A stretch of DNA of 64,000 nt from an uncultured Chloroflexia bacterium (lineage in GTDB: Bacteria; Chloroflexota; Dehalococcoidia; GIF9; UBA5629), in NCBI GenBank assembly GCA_963754385.1, contig CAVWGE010000001.1:441633-505632 (forward strand), read 5' to 3'. The notes beneath the pieces were generated by a model that saw only the letters and a program-made list of their open reading frames with translations, did not search any database and was not told the origin of the DNA. Shown here one piece after another: positions 45,983 through 55,646 of this stretch (positions are counted from its first letter, which is position 1; every line of letters begins with the position of its first letter). A program made the position numbers and the translations under genes.

Positions 45983-48109
45983 GTGAAACTTGTTATTGTT
46001 GAATCACCAGCCAAAGCGAGGACTATAAGCAGGATCTTAGGCACAGATTATGCCATTAAGGCTACCTTGGGGCATGTGCGTGACCTACCCAGAAGCGAAT
46101 TGGGTATAGATATAACTAATGACTTCGCTCCCCGATATGTCACTATCAAGCAGAGAAAAAAGGTGCTCGGTGAGTTAAAGAAGTCGGCTGAAGATGCTTC
46201 AGCGGTTTATCTAGCTACTGACCCTGACCGCGAGGGTGAGGCAATTTCCTGGCATCTGGTCGAGGCCATTAAACTAGGTAAGAGCAAACTGCCTATCCAC
46301 AGGGTTGTCTTTCACGAGATAACCAAGGAGGCGGTAGAAAAGGCTTTCCATCATCCTCGCTCTATTGATATGAATTTAGTCGATGCCCAACAGGCACGCC
46401 GTCTCTTAGACAGACTGGTCGGCTACAAACTGAGCCCATTGCTGTGGCGGAAGGTGCAAAGAGGTCTTTCTGCAGGCAGGGTTCAATCAGCGGCCTTGAG
46501 AATAATCGTTGACAGGGAGCGGGAGATACAGAATTTCGTTCGCACAGAGTACTGGACTATTGAAGCTGAATTGGCTAAGAAATTGCCGGAAGCTCAGAAG
46601 GTCGGTTTCAGAGCATTACTTATAAGTCTGGCTGACGGTACAAAGTTGGAGATACCCAATCAACAGGAAGCCGCTAGGATTGAAGAAGAACTGAGGAAGG
46701 CTGATTATGCGGTTAAGAAAGTAACAATAAAAGAGGTAGCTCGTCAACCGGCGCCGCCATTTATCACCAGTACCCTGCAACAGGAAGCCTGGCGCAAACT
46801 GCGGTTCACTGCTCAGCGCACTATGGTTATCGCCCAACAGCTTTACGAAGGTATACCTTTGGGCGAAGAGGGTTCGGTAGGGCTGATTACCTATATGCGC
46901 ACCGATTCCACTCATGTAGCTGCCGGCGCTATAGCAGAGACCAGAGATTTTATAACTAACAAGTATGGAGCTCGTTTTGTGCCTCCGCATCCGCGTTCTT
47001 TTGTTAAGAGGAGCAAATGGGCACAAGAGGCGCACGAAGCTATTAGACCAACAAAAATTCACCGGGAACCTGACCAACTCCGCTCTTACCTCAAGCCGGA
47101 GCAACTTAAGCTATATGAGCTTATCTGGAAACGGATGGTGGCAAGCCAGATGGCAGCAGCCTCTCTGGATACCACCACTGTAGAAATAAACGCAAAATGG
47201 CCCGAACCCCAAAAGGGATATCTGCTTAGAGCAACCAGTTCTGTGGTCAAGTTTCCAGGATTCATAACTTTGTATAGTGAGGGGAAAGATGAGGACGGAG
47301 AAGAAGAGAAGGCAATCGCCCTACCTGAATTGAAAGTTGGCGATAAATTAGTGTTAGTGGCGCTTTTCCCGGAGCAGCGTTTTACTCAACCATCGCCTCG
47401 CTATACTGAGGCTACGTTGATAAAGGCGCTGGAACAAAGAGGAATCGGACGTCCAAGCACTTATGCTCCGATTATATCTACTATCCAGGAAAGAGGTTAT
47501 GTATATAAAGAAAATGGTAAGCTTTGTCCTGACGAAATAGGCTTAGTTGTGAATGATATCTTGGCCCAGCACTTCCCCAAAATTGTCGACCTGGATTTCA
47601 CTGCTCAGCTTGAGGAAGAGCTGGATGAGATTGCTCGAGGTGAAAAGAGATGGGTGCCTGTCCTAAAAGACTTCTATACGCCTTTCGAGGAGACATTGAG
47701 CCAAGCTGCTGATAGGATAGAAAGGGTTAATCTTGCTAAGCCAACGGAAGAAATCTGTCCTGATTGTGGACGTCCCATGGTATTGAAGACAGGGCGTTTT
47801 GGTAAGTTTTTGTCCTGCAGCGGCTATCCTGATTGCAAAAAGACAATGACCTTCGTTGTCAAAACTGGTGTTTCTTGCCCGCAGTGTGGAAAAGAGTTAA
47901 TTGAGAGGACAACCAAGAAAAGGCGTGTTTTTTATGGTTGCAGCGGTTTTCCACAATGTAAATTTGCGGTTAACCGTAAGCCAGTTCCACAACCCTGTCC
48001 TCAGTGTGGCAAACTGCTAATTGTGTATCGAGAGGGATGGGTGAAATGTACCGCTTGCGAATACAAGAGTAAATTGGATGAATTAGAAAAAATAGGAGCG
48101 GCATCATGA
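45983..48109 (+). CDS. topA: DNA topoisomerase I
   Basis: 708 aa, GTG start. Toprim LVIVESPAKA, DPDREGEAISWH, YMRTDS catalytic-Tyr region, three C-terminal C4 zinc ribbons. Confidence 0.95.
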   Translation: MKLVIVESPAKARTISRILGTDYAIKATLGHVRDLPRSELGIDITNDFAPRYVTIKQRKKVLGELKKSAEDASAVYLATDPDREGEAISWHLVEAIKLGKSKLPIHRVVFHEITKEAVEKAFHHPRSIDMNLVDAQQARRLLDRLVGYKLSPLLWRKVQRGLSAGRVQSAALRIIVDREREIQNFVRTEYWTIEAELAKKLPEAQKVGFRALLISLADGTKLEIPNQQEAARIEEELRKADYAVKKVTIKEVARQPAPPFITSTLQQEAWRKLRFTAQRTMVIAQQLYEGIPLGEEGSVGLITYMRTDSTHVAAGAIAETRDFITNKYGARFVPPHPRSFVKRSKWAQEAHEAIRPTKIHREPDQLRSYLKPEQLKLYELIWKRMVASQMAAASLDTTTVEINAKWPEPQKGYLLRATSSVVKFPGFITLYSEGKDEDGEEEKAIALPELKVGDKLVLVALFPEQRFTQPSPRYTEATLIKALEQRGIGRPSTYAPIISTIQERGYVYKENGKLCPDEIGLVVNDILAQHFPKIVDLDFTAQLEEELDEIARGEKRWVPVLKDFYTPFEETLSQAADRIERVNLAKPTEEICPDCGRPMVLKTGRFGKFLSCSGYPDCKKTMTFVVKTGVSCPQCGKELIERTTKKRRVFYGCSGFPQCKFAVNRKPVPQPCPQCGKLLIVYREGWVKCTACEYKSKLDELEKIGAAS

Positions 48110-48546
48110 AAATCATGGTTATAAACGGACCTAACCTTAACATGTTGGGTAAGCGGAATAAAGCTATTTACGGGGATAAAACATTGGCGGAGCTTGATGC
48201 CCTTTTAAAGAAGGAAGGCGAAAGCCTAGGTGCAGAGATAGTTAGTTTTCAGTCCAACAGTGAGGGAGCACTTATTGACTTTATCCAGAAGCATTCTGCG
48301 GAAACCAGCGGTATAATCATAAATCCCGGAGCACTTACCCATTACGGTCTTTCCTTACGGGATGCTCTGTATGATAGTGGGTTGCCAGTCATTGAGGTTC
48401 ATCTATCTAATATTTATGGACGTGAGGAGTGGCGAGCCAAGTCGGTGATTGCTCCTATCGCTAAGGGGCAAATCAGCGGTTTGGGTTGGCAGGGGTATAT
48501 TGCGGCGTTGCGAACTTTACTTGGAGAACTGAAGAAAGAGACGTAA
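48106..48546 (+). CDS. aroQ: 3-dehydroquinate dehydratase, type II
   Basis: 146 aa. INGPNLNMLGKR, IINPGALTHY, EVHLSNI. Confidence 0.9.
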   Translation: MKIMVINGPNLNMLGKRNKAIYGDKTLAELDALLKKEGESLGAEIVSFQSNSEGALIDFIQKHSAETSGIIINPGALTHYGLSLRDALYDSGLPVIEVHLSNIYGREEWRAKSVIAPIAKGQISGLGWQGYIAALRTLLGELKKET

Positions 48547-48548
48547 GA

Positions 48549-49625
48549 GTGAACCGGCTGCAAAGACTGAGACAGAGTTTAACACAACAGGAATTAGATG
48601 TCCTCATAGTTTCTCAGCCGGAGAACAGGCGTTATCTTTCCGGTTTCACTGGTTCAGCAGGCTGGCTGCTGATTTCAGCCAGTGATGCTTTTCTAGCCGT
48701 TGATTTTCGCTATGTAGAGCAAGCCAAGAAAGAGGCATCGGGTTTTGATGTCGTTCACGTTAAGGGCGACTTAGCAAATTGGTTACCCAAATTGGCCTCA
48801 GATTTAGGATTCAAAAAAGTAGGCTTTGAAGTTGACCATGTCTCCCTTGCCATTTATCAGCAGCTGTGCAAAGCGGTAGGCGACGGCCACTATCAAACCC
48901 GGCTTATTCCGACCAACGGTCTCGTGGAGTCCGTCCGCGCTGTGAAAGAGCCTGAAGAGATAAGGCTCATAGCTGAAGCAGTTGGATTAGCTGATGCTGC
49001 TTTTGCCCACGCTAAATCGATTGTCCGTCCTGGGGTAAGTGAAAAGGAAATAGCCTGGGAATTAGAGAGGTTCCTCCGAGAAAGGGGCAGTGAACCCATG
49101 CCCTTCGACATTATTGTGGCTTCTGGGTCTAACGCGGCTTTGCCCCATGCCAAGCCTTCTGAGAGAGTTATTCTTGAGAATGAGCCTGTAGTCATTGACT
49201 TGGGAGCCCGGGTGAATGGTTACTGCAGTGACTTAAGCCGCACCTTTTTCTTAGGTCGTGAAGACGAGACTTTTTCTAAAATTTATGATATTGTTTTGGG
49301 TGCACAACTAACCGCTTTGGCTGCAATTATGGCTGGTATGAGTGGTGACCAAGCTGACCAATTAGCAAGAACGGTTGTGGAACAGGCAGGCTACAGCGAT
49401 GCCTTTGGTCATGGCTTAGGACATGGTATTGGATTAGAGGCTCATGAATCACCACGGCTTGGGCCTAGTTCTTCAGACCTGCTAATTGATGGCATGGTTT
49501 TTACTATAGAGCCTGGAATTTATATCCCCGGTTGGGGTGGAGTTAGAGTTGAAGATACAGTTGTAATGGAGAACGGTAAAATCAAAGCCCTTACCAGGGC
49601 GGATAAGATAGAAAACATCTGTTAG
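48549..49625 (+). CDS. pepP: Xaa-Pro aminopeptidase (M24B)
   Basis: I prefer GTG 48549 (VNRLQRLRQSLTQQELDVLIVSQPENRRYLSGFTGSAG) over the track start, which overlaps aroQ. Metal ligands DLGARVNGYCSD, HGLGHGIGLEAHE, EPGIY, VRVED. Confidence 0.85.
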   Translation: MNRLQRLRQSLTQQELDVLIVSQPENRRYLSGFTGSAGWLLISASDAFLAVDFRYVEQAKKEASGFDVVHVKGDLANWLPKLASDLGFKKVGFEVDHVSLAIYQQLCKAVGDGHYQTRLIPTNGLVESVRAVKEPEEIRLIAEAVGLADAAFAHAKSIVRPGVSEKEIAWELERFLRERGSEPMPFDIIVASGSNAALPHAKPSERVILENEPVVIDLGARVNGYCSDLSRTFFLGREDETFSKIYDIVLGAQLTALAAIMAGMSGDQADQLARTVVEQAGYSDAFGHGLGHGIGLEAHESPRLGPSSSDLLIDGMVFTIEPGIYIPGWGGVRVEDTVVMENGKIKALTRADKIENIC

Positions 49626-49640
49626 GAGGGCAGTCACCTT

Positions 49641-50201
49641 ATGATAGACGCCGGAGAGTTAAAAAGAGGGATAACTATTGAACTGGATGGGCAGTTGTAT
49701 CAGGTTCTTGATTTTCAGCATATTAAGATGGGACGTGGTTCAGCACAGGTTCGGCTGAAGCTCCGTGATGTTCGCGCTGGCCATAACACTGAACGCTCTT
49801 TCCAGGCCAGTGAGACATTTACCAGGGCTGTTCTTGAGCGCCGCCCTGTACAGTACCTTTATAATGATGGCAGCCTCTACCATTTTATGGATACTAAGAC
49901 TTTTGAGCAGACAGCTATTGATAAATCAATGCTTGGTGAGGCGCTGAACTATTTGAAAGACGGGGCAAACCTGGAAATATTGACACATAAAGGCAAATCC
50001 GTGGGGATACAATTGCCTGTTTCAGTGGAGCTTAAGGTCGTGGAAACAGGTCCCGGCTTCAAGGGCGATACCGCTTCTGCCGGCAGCAAACCAGCCGAAA
50101 TGGAGACAGGCATTACTATTAAGGTGCCCTTTTTCATAAATACCGGAGACATTATCAAGGTAGATACCCGCAGCGGAGAATATCTGGAGAGGGTGAGCTG
50201 A
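49641..50201 (+). CDS. efp: Elongation factor P
   Basis: 186 aa. LKRGITIELDGQLYQVLDFQHIKMGRGSAQVRLKLRD, KPAEMETG, VPFFINTGD. Confidence 0.95.
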   Translation: MIDAGELKRGITIELDGQLYQVLDFQHIKMGRGSAQVRLKLRDVRAGHNTERSFQASETFTRAVLERRPVQYLYNDGSLYHFMDTKTFEQTAIDKSMLGEALNYLKDGANLEILTHKGKSVGIQLPVSVELKVVETGPGFKGDTASAGSKPAEMETGITIKVPFFINTGDIIKVDTRSGEYLERVS

Positions 50202-50205
50202 ATCT

Positions 50206-50853
50206 TTGATAAAAGCTGATCTTCATATTCATACCGCTTATTCTATGGATTGTACCATGTCCCTGGAGAAGATAATCGCACGCTGCCTTGAAGTTGGCAT
50301 TAACTGCCTGGCGGTAGCTGACCATAACGCTATTGCCGGAGCTCTAAAGATGAAGGAAATAGCGCCCTTCACTATTATCGTCAGCGAGGAAATTCTGACT
50401 TTGGACGGTGAGATCATCGGGATGTTTCTTAGCCAGGAGATCCCTAGCAAATTGTCCATAGAAGAAACCATAGCTCGAATCAAAGCTCAAGGTGGGCTGG
50501 TATGCATTCCACATCCGTGTGACAGGTTACGTTTCTCGGTTTTTAGAGACCAGGTTTTCGAGCATATAATGCCGGAAGTTGATATCATCGAGGTATTCAA
50601 TGCTCGCAGCCTTTCACCAGGTAGTTCGGCCAGAGCGCGGCAGCTGGCACAGAAATACGGCAAGCTTGCCAGCGCCGGTAGCGATGCTCATACACCTTCC
50701 GAGATAGGCAATGCCTGCGTTGAGATGCACGAATTCAGTGGTAAAGACGAATTTCTGGCTTCCCTGGCTGAGGGGAAGATTTGCGGCAATAAGTCAAAAC
50801 CGACTGTTCATTTCTCTAGCATTTGGGCTAGGTTTAAGAAACGCTTATCCTAG
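50206..50853 (+). CDS. PHP-domain metal-dependent phosphoesterase
   Basis: 215 aa, TTG start. ADLHIHTAYSMDC, AVADHN, IPHP, GSDAH. Confidence 0.75.
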   Translation: MIKADLHIHTAYSMDCTMSLEKIIARCLEVGINCLAVADHNAIAGALKMKEIAPFTIIVSEEILTLDGEIIGMFLSQEIPSKLSIEETIARIKAQGGLVCIPHPCDRLRFSVFRDQVFEHIMPEVDIIEVFNARSLSPGSSARARQLAQKYGKLASAGSDAHTPSEIGNACVEMHEFSGKDEFLASLAEGKICGNKSKPTVHFSSIWARFKKRLS

Positions 50854-50864
50854 GAGAAATTCCC

Positions 50865-51683
50865 TTGTTGACCATCGGTTGGTTTTCCACCGGCAGGGAT
50901 GAGGCAGCAGGACAGCTTCTGCAGGTTGTGTTCCACAAAGTTCAAACCGGTGAAATTGAGGGCACGATCGCCTTTGTCTTCAGCAATCGAGAGCCCGGCG
51001 AAGCGAAACAGAGCGACTTATTCTTTGAATTGGTTCGAAGCTATCATATCCCGCTGATTTGCTTCTCATCTAAGAAATTTGAGGCTACGCAGGATATAGC
51101 GGACAAAGCAGATGGTGAAATTTTATCAAAATGGCGCCTCGAATATGACACAGAGGTTATGAAAAGGCTGCAGGGCTTCAAACAAGATTTATGCGTACTT
51201 GCCGGCTATATGCTTATCGTCGGGAAAGATATGTGCCAGAGGTATGATATGATTAACCTGCATCCGGCGGCTCCAGGAGGTCCTAAAGGCAGCTGGCAGG
51301 AAGTAATCTGGGCGCTGATGGAGGATAAGGCCGCAGAATCCGGGGTTATGATGCATCTGGTAACGCCGGAACTGGACAGGGGACCGGTAATAACTTATTG
51401 TACCTTTCCCATTAGGGGCGAGCATTTTGATAAACATTGGCGGGAGATCGATGGTTACCCTGTAGCTGAGATAAAGAAGCAAAAAGGTGAGAACAATGCA
51501 CTTTTTAAGCTCATCCGCCAGCATGGGCTAGTCAGAGAATTCCCGCTTATAGTATCGACCTTGATAGCCTTCAGTCGAAGTGAGGTTAAGATAGAGGCTG
51601 GCGCGATATTTGACCGCTATGGAAAACCTATATCAGGGTATGACCTGACTGATGAAGTAGATAGAGCAGCGGAGTTGAGATGA
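50865..51683 (+). CDS. Formyltransferase-fold protein (PurN-like N-terminal domain with an extended C-terminus)
   Basis: 272 aa. INLHPAAPGG (Asn-x-His) and VTPELDRGPVI (Asp), equivalent to PurN catalytic positions. The rest is atypical. Confidence 0.6.
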   Translation: MLTIGWFSTGRDEAAGQLLQVVFHKVQTGEIEGTIAFVFSNREPGEAKQSDLFFELVRSYHIPLICFSSKKFEATQDIADKADGEILSKWRLEYDTEVMKRLQGFKQDLCVLAGYMLIVGKDMCQRYDMINLHPAAPGGPKGSWQEVIWALMEDKAAESGVMMHLVTPELDRGPVITYCTFPIRGEHFDKHWREIDGYPVAEIKKQKGENNALFKLIRQHGLVREFPLIVSTLIAFSRSEVKIEAGAIFDRYGKPISGYDLTDEVDRAAELR

Positions 51684-52666
51684 GTGTAATCTGTTTTGAC
51701 CTCGAAGGTCCGTTAGCTACTCAGGACAACGCCTATGAGCTTATGAAGCTTTTCCCGGGTGGGGGCAAGCTTTTCGAGACCATCAGTCGGTATGATGATT
51801 TATTAACCCTAGAAGGTAAAACAGGCTACGAGCCCGGTGATACTTTGGCTCTTATCGCACCGTTCTTGGTCTACCACAAGATAAAGGAGAGAGACATTTC
51901 CTCACTGGCGAAGAAGGCAACCTTAACTGGCGGAGCTGCGGCACTGGTCTCTCGTCTCGGTGCACATGGTTGGAACGTATTTTGCATCAGCACCAGCTAT
52001 GAGCAGTACGCTTCGCACATAGCACACAAGTTAAATATTTTTTCCCAAAATGTTGCCTGTACCTCCTTCCCGTTAGATAAAATTTCCCGGATGTTGAATA
52101 AAGATGATTTACGCCCCTTGGAAACAATAGAGGGAAACATCTTGAGCGCTCTGTTAGTTGACAACGATTGGATTAAGAAACAACTTGGCCGTTTTTACTG
52201 GGAAGAATTGCCTAAGACAAATTTAGGTTCGCTTCTGAAAGAGGTGAGACCCGTGGGAGGGCAACGTAAGGTGGAAGCGCTAAAACATTTTGCTCAAGCA
52301 AAAGGTCAACCTTTGTCAAACTGGGTAGCGGTGGGTGATAGTATTACCGACTTCAAGATGCTTGAGGCTGTTAACCAGGCTGGGGGTCTGGCTATTGCCT
52401 TCAATGCTAATGAGTATGCACTGCCCTATGCTACTATAGGCCTGGCATCCACACATATTTATGACCTGTTGCCTGTTCTGGAAAGTTGGAAGAAAGGCAA
52501 ACGCTCAGCGGTGGAAAAGCTGGTCAAGGGGAAAGAAAAAGCTGGCGGAAAGGGTGATAGAGAGCACTTTCACTGGCTGGCTGGGATTGAGGATATTGCA
52601 GCTCCTCTCGAAATCCACAAGAGAATTCGCCGCGTTGTTCGAGAGGAGGCAGCGGCACTAGGCTGA
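51680..52666 (+). CDS. HAD-superfamily-like protein of unknown function
   Basis: 328 aa. N-terminal CFDLEGP (motif I with Glu in place of the second Asp) and VGDSITDFKML (motif IV-like). Overlaps the upstream gene by 4 nt. Confidence 0.45.
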   Translation: MSVICFDLEGPLATQDNAYELMKLFPGGGKLFETISRYDDLLTLEGKTGYEPGDTLALIAPFLVYHKIKERDISSLAKKATLTGGAAALVSRLGAHGWNVFCISTSYEQYASHIAHKLNIFSQNVACTSFPLDKISRMLNKDDLRPLETIEGNILSALLVDNDWIKKQLGRFYWEELPKTNLGSLLKEVRPVGGQRKVEALKHFAQAKGQPLSNWVAVGDSITDFKMLEAVNQAGGLAIAFNANEYALPYATIGLASTHIYDLLPVLESWKKGKRSAVEKLVKGKEKAGGKGDREHFHWLAGIEDIAAPLEIHKRIRRVVREEAAALG

Positions 52667-52673
52667 GTTCACC

Positions 52674-53642
52674 ATGGCTGTACTTGATATAGTTGGCTTT
52701 GGAGCGATGAACATCGACCACCTGTACAAGGTCGATGAGATTGTTGCTGATGGGGAACAGTCGGTAAATGGTTTTGAATCTCTCCCTGGTGGCTCGGCAG
52801 CTAATACTATTTACGGATTGGCTAAACTGGGCGTTAAAGCAGGATTTGTTGGGGCTATTGGCATTGACGACGATGGTGAGGAGCTTATCAAAGATTTCAA
52901 GAATGTTGCTGTAGATACCAGTCAGATTCGAATCAAACAGGAGGTAAAGACCGGCTCAACAATCTGCCTCAGTGATAGGCTGGGGGGACGGGCCATATAT
53001 GTATCCCCCGGAGCTAATAACCTGCTCGGTCCCGAGGATATAGATTTAGCCTATTTAAGCCAATCTCAGATGGTCCATCTGTCCTCCTTTGTTGATGACA
53101 GGCAGTTTAACCTACAAGTTAGCGTTACTGAAAAACTGTCAATTTCCGTAACGGTAAGCCTGTCTCCCGGAATGCTCTATGTTGCTAGAGGTCTGAAAGC
53201 CTTGGTTCCCTTGCTGAAGAGGGCTCATATCGTCTTTATGAACCGTGAGGAAATCGAGCGATTGACAGGCGATGGTTTCAAGTCCGGAGCTCGGGGAATT
53301 GCGAAATCGGGCTGCCGGATTGTTGTTGTAACCCTGGGCAAGGGTCTGGATAAAGGCAAAGCTGGGATGGTTACGGCCTATATTTATGACGGGAAGCAAG
53401 AATATGAGGTTGAGTCTGAAGAGGTAACCTCGAAATTGCCGTTGGAAAGCACCGGTGCCGGAGATGCTTTCGCTGCCGGATTTCTTTTCGGTTTTCTCAG
53501 AGGCAAGAAGCTTGAAGAATGCGGACTGCTTGGCGATATAATGGCCAGCTTTGGCATCAGGGCAATTGGAGCTCGAAAAGGACTGCCAACCTTAGCTCAG
53601 CTATCTCAGAAATATCTTCAACGTTCAGGCAACCCGCTCTAG
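52674..53642 (+). CDS. PfkB-family carbohydrate/nucleoside kinase
   Basis: 322 aa. PGGSAANT and TGAGDAFAAGFL motifs. Confidence 0.8.
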   Translation: MAVLDIVGFGAMNIDHLYKVDEIVADGEQSVNGFESLPGGSAANTIYGLAKLGVKAGFVGAIGIDDDGEELIKDFKNVAVDTSQIRIKQEVKTGSTICLSDRLGGRAIYVSPGANNLLGPEDIDLAYLSQSQMVHLSSFVDDRQFNLQVSVTEKLSISVTVSLSPGMLYVARGLKALVPLLKRAHIVFMNREEIERLTGDGFKSGARGIAKSGCRIVVVTLGKGLDKGKAGMVTAYIYDGKQEYEVESEEVTSKLPLESTGAGDAFAAGFLFGFLRGKKLEECGLLGDIMASFGIRAIGARKGLPTLAQLSQKYLQRSGNPL

Positions 53643-53646
53643 GTGT

Positions 53647-54291
53647 TCACGCCTTTTCCTTTTCTTTCTCTTTCGGTTTCTTGACGGCTGGTCCGCTCAA
53701 AATCTGGTCAACTAAACCGTATTCCACAGCGTGCTCGGCACTGAGAAACAAATCCCGGTCGATGTCTTTGATAATTTTTTCCAGTGGCTGGCCTGTATGC
53801 TTGGCTAATATCTCTGAGATTAAACTGTCCAGACGTTGAAACTCTTGGGCGGCTATTTTGATATCGGTTATCTGACCTTGAGTACCAGCTCTTCCTTGAT
53901 GCATATGTATAGTTGAGCTAGGCAGCGCATAACGTTTGCCTTTGGCTCCGGCACAAAGAATAACTGTTCCCATGCTATATGTTGCCCCGACAGCTATTGT
54001 AGACACTTCTGGGCGAATTAGTTGCATGGTGTCATAAATTGCCAGCCCGGCAGTTACTACCCCGCCCGGAGAATGGATATACAGGTTTATGTCCTTGTCC
54101 GGGTCCTCGTGCTCCAGATAAAGAAGTTGGGCGACAATGATATTGGCTACCTGGTCGTCAATTTCTGTACCCAAGAAGATAATGCGTTCTCTCAATAGCA
54201 GTGAGTAGATATCAAACAGTCGCTCTCCCCTGGGGCTGCTTTCGATAACAGTCGGAATTATTCTTTGATACCTTTGGTCTGAATTTTTCAT
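53647..54291 (-). CDS. clpP: ATP-dependent Clp protease proteolytic subunit
   Basis: 214 aa. INSPGG-like [17 protein letters not shown] active-site Ser, MHQ. Has a C-terminal [11 protein letters not shown] tail. Confidence 0.95.
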   Translation of the reverse strand: MKNSDQRYQRIIPTVIESSPRGERLFDIYSLLLRERIIFLGTEIDDQVANIIVAQLLYLEHEDPDKDINLYIHSPGGVVTAGLAIYDTMQLIRPEVSTIAVGATYSMGTVILCAGAKGKRYALPSSTIHMHQGRAGTQGQITDIKIAAQEFQRLDSLISEILAKHTGQPLEKIIKDIDRDLFLSAEHAVEYGLVDQILSGPAVKKPKEKEKEKA

Positions 54292-55598
54292 TTTGTCTTC
54301 CCCTTTCTAGACTTAGTAACTTGTTTTTGCTCTGTAGCTATCTGAACTAACCGCTCAACGGCTTTTCGACCCAACAGAAATTGCTTGATAGACTCACGGG
54401 CTTGTGGCAGGCTGAAAAATTTCTTCATCTCATCAGCCTGTTTATCTGCGTCTTTTACCATCTTCTCTATTTCAGCATCTATTTCTGAATCGTCCACTTC
54501 TATCTTCTCTGCCTCAGTTATTTTACCCAGAACCAGAGACCGAATAACACGCCGATTTGCCATAGGGCGTAGTTCTTCTCGGTGGTCGTCCATTGTCTTA
54601 TTCAGTGTTTTCAAATAATTCTCCAGGCCCGTGATACCTTCGGTAAATTGCCTCGCCTCGTCGCTGAGCAAGCGGTCGATTTCTCTCTCCGCCAGCACCA
54701 GCGGATATTCCACTTCACTGAGTTCGACAACAGCATCGACGGCCTTCTGCTCCAGTTCCAAACGGGCTCTTTCCTCAGCCCTGGCTTTCAGATTAGATGC
54801 TATTTGCTCTCGCAGTGAAGCTAAGTCCTCCTTGCCTAGGCTTTTGGCGAATTCATCGTCAACCTCAGGTAGCTTTTTTTCTTTTACCTCCGTAGCCGTA
54901 ATCTTAAAGGCATGTTCTTTTCCCGCCAGCTCCTTCATTTCATAGTCTGGTGGATAGGACAGGACGAAGCTTTTTTCTTCGCCTTTGCTCATGCCTTCCA
55001 GCTTTTCAGCGAATCCGGGAAGAGGCAGCCGGGCTTCTCTGGTGACCTCATAGACAATATCCTTGCGGATGGGGAATGGTTCCCCGTCCCTGGTGCCTTC
55101 AACGTCTATGGTGACAATGTCGTCGAACTGTACCGGACGGTCTACCGGTGACAGTATAGCCTGCTGATGTCGTAGTTGTTCGATGGTTGCCTCGATATCT
55201 TCTTCCTTGATTTCAACCGGCTCAGATTCAACCTTTATCTGTTTATAATCTCCGAGCTTGATTGTAGGCTTAAGCGGCACAACGGCCTTAAAAATCAATG
55301 GCTCAGTCTTGATAAGCTCGAACTGGGGTTGAGCAATGGCATCTATCTCCTGACTTTCCAGAGCCTCTTTGTAGGTTGCCGGTATCAGGTCTTCGAGGGC
55401 TTCCTGGAACAGGGTATCTTTGCCGATGTGACGTTCCAGTATATCCCTGGGCGCCTTCCCCTTACGAAAGCCGGGGATGGAGACCCTTCTAACCAGGCGG
55501 CTGTAAGCTTTGTCGAGGTATTTATCTACCTCGGCAGCCTCCATCTCAATATTGAGCGTTACCTGGCTCTTTTCAACTGGCTCTGTAGATACCTTCAT
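54288..55598 (-). CDS. tig: Trigger factor
   Basis: 436 aa. [11 protein letters not shown] ribosome-binding motif, central FKBP-type PPIase region. Upstream of clpP. Confidence 0.9.
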   Translation of the reverse strand: MKVSTEPVEKSQVTLNIEMEAAEVDKYLDKAYSRLVRRVSIPGFRKGKAPRDILERHIGKDTLFQEALEDLIPATYKEALESQEIDAIAQPQFELIKTEPLIFKAVVPLKPTIKLGDYKQIKVESEPVEIKEEDIEATIEQLRHQQAILSPVDRPVQFDDIVTIDVEGTRDGEPFPIRKDIVYEVTREARLPLPGFAEKLEGMSKGEEKSFVLSYPPDYEMKELAGKEHAFKITATEVKEKKLPEVDDEFAKSLGKEDLASLREQIASNLKARAEERARLELEQKAVDAVVELSEVEYPLVLAEREIDRLLSDEARQFTEGITGLENYLKTLNKTMDDHREELRPMANRRVIRSLVLGKITEAEKIEVDDSEIDAEIEKMVKDADKQADEMKKFFSLPQARESIKQFLLGRKAVERLVQIATEQKQVTKSRKGKTK

Positions 55599-55646
55599 TT
55601 TCTTAACTCATGTATATTATAAACAATTTATGGTACTGCCTTCAGT

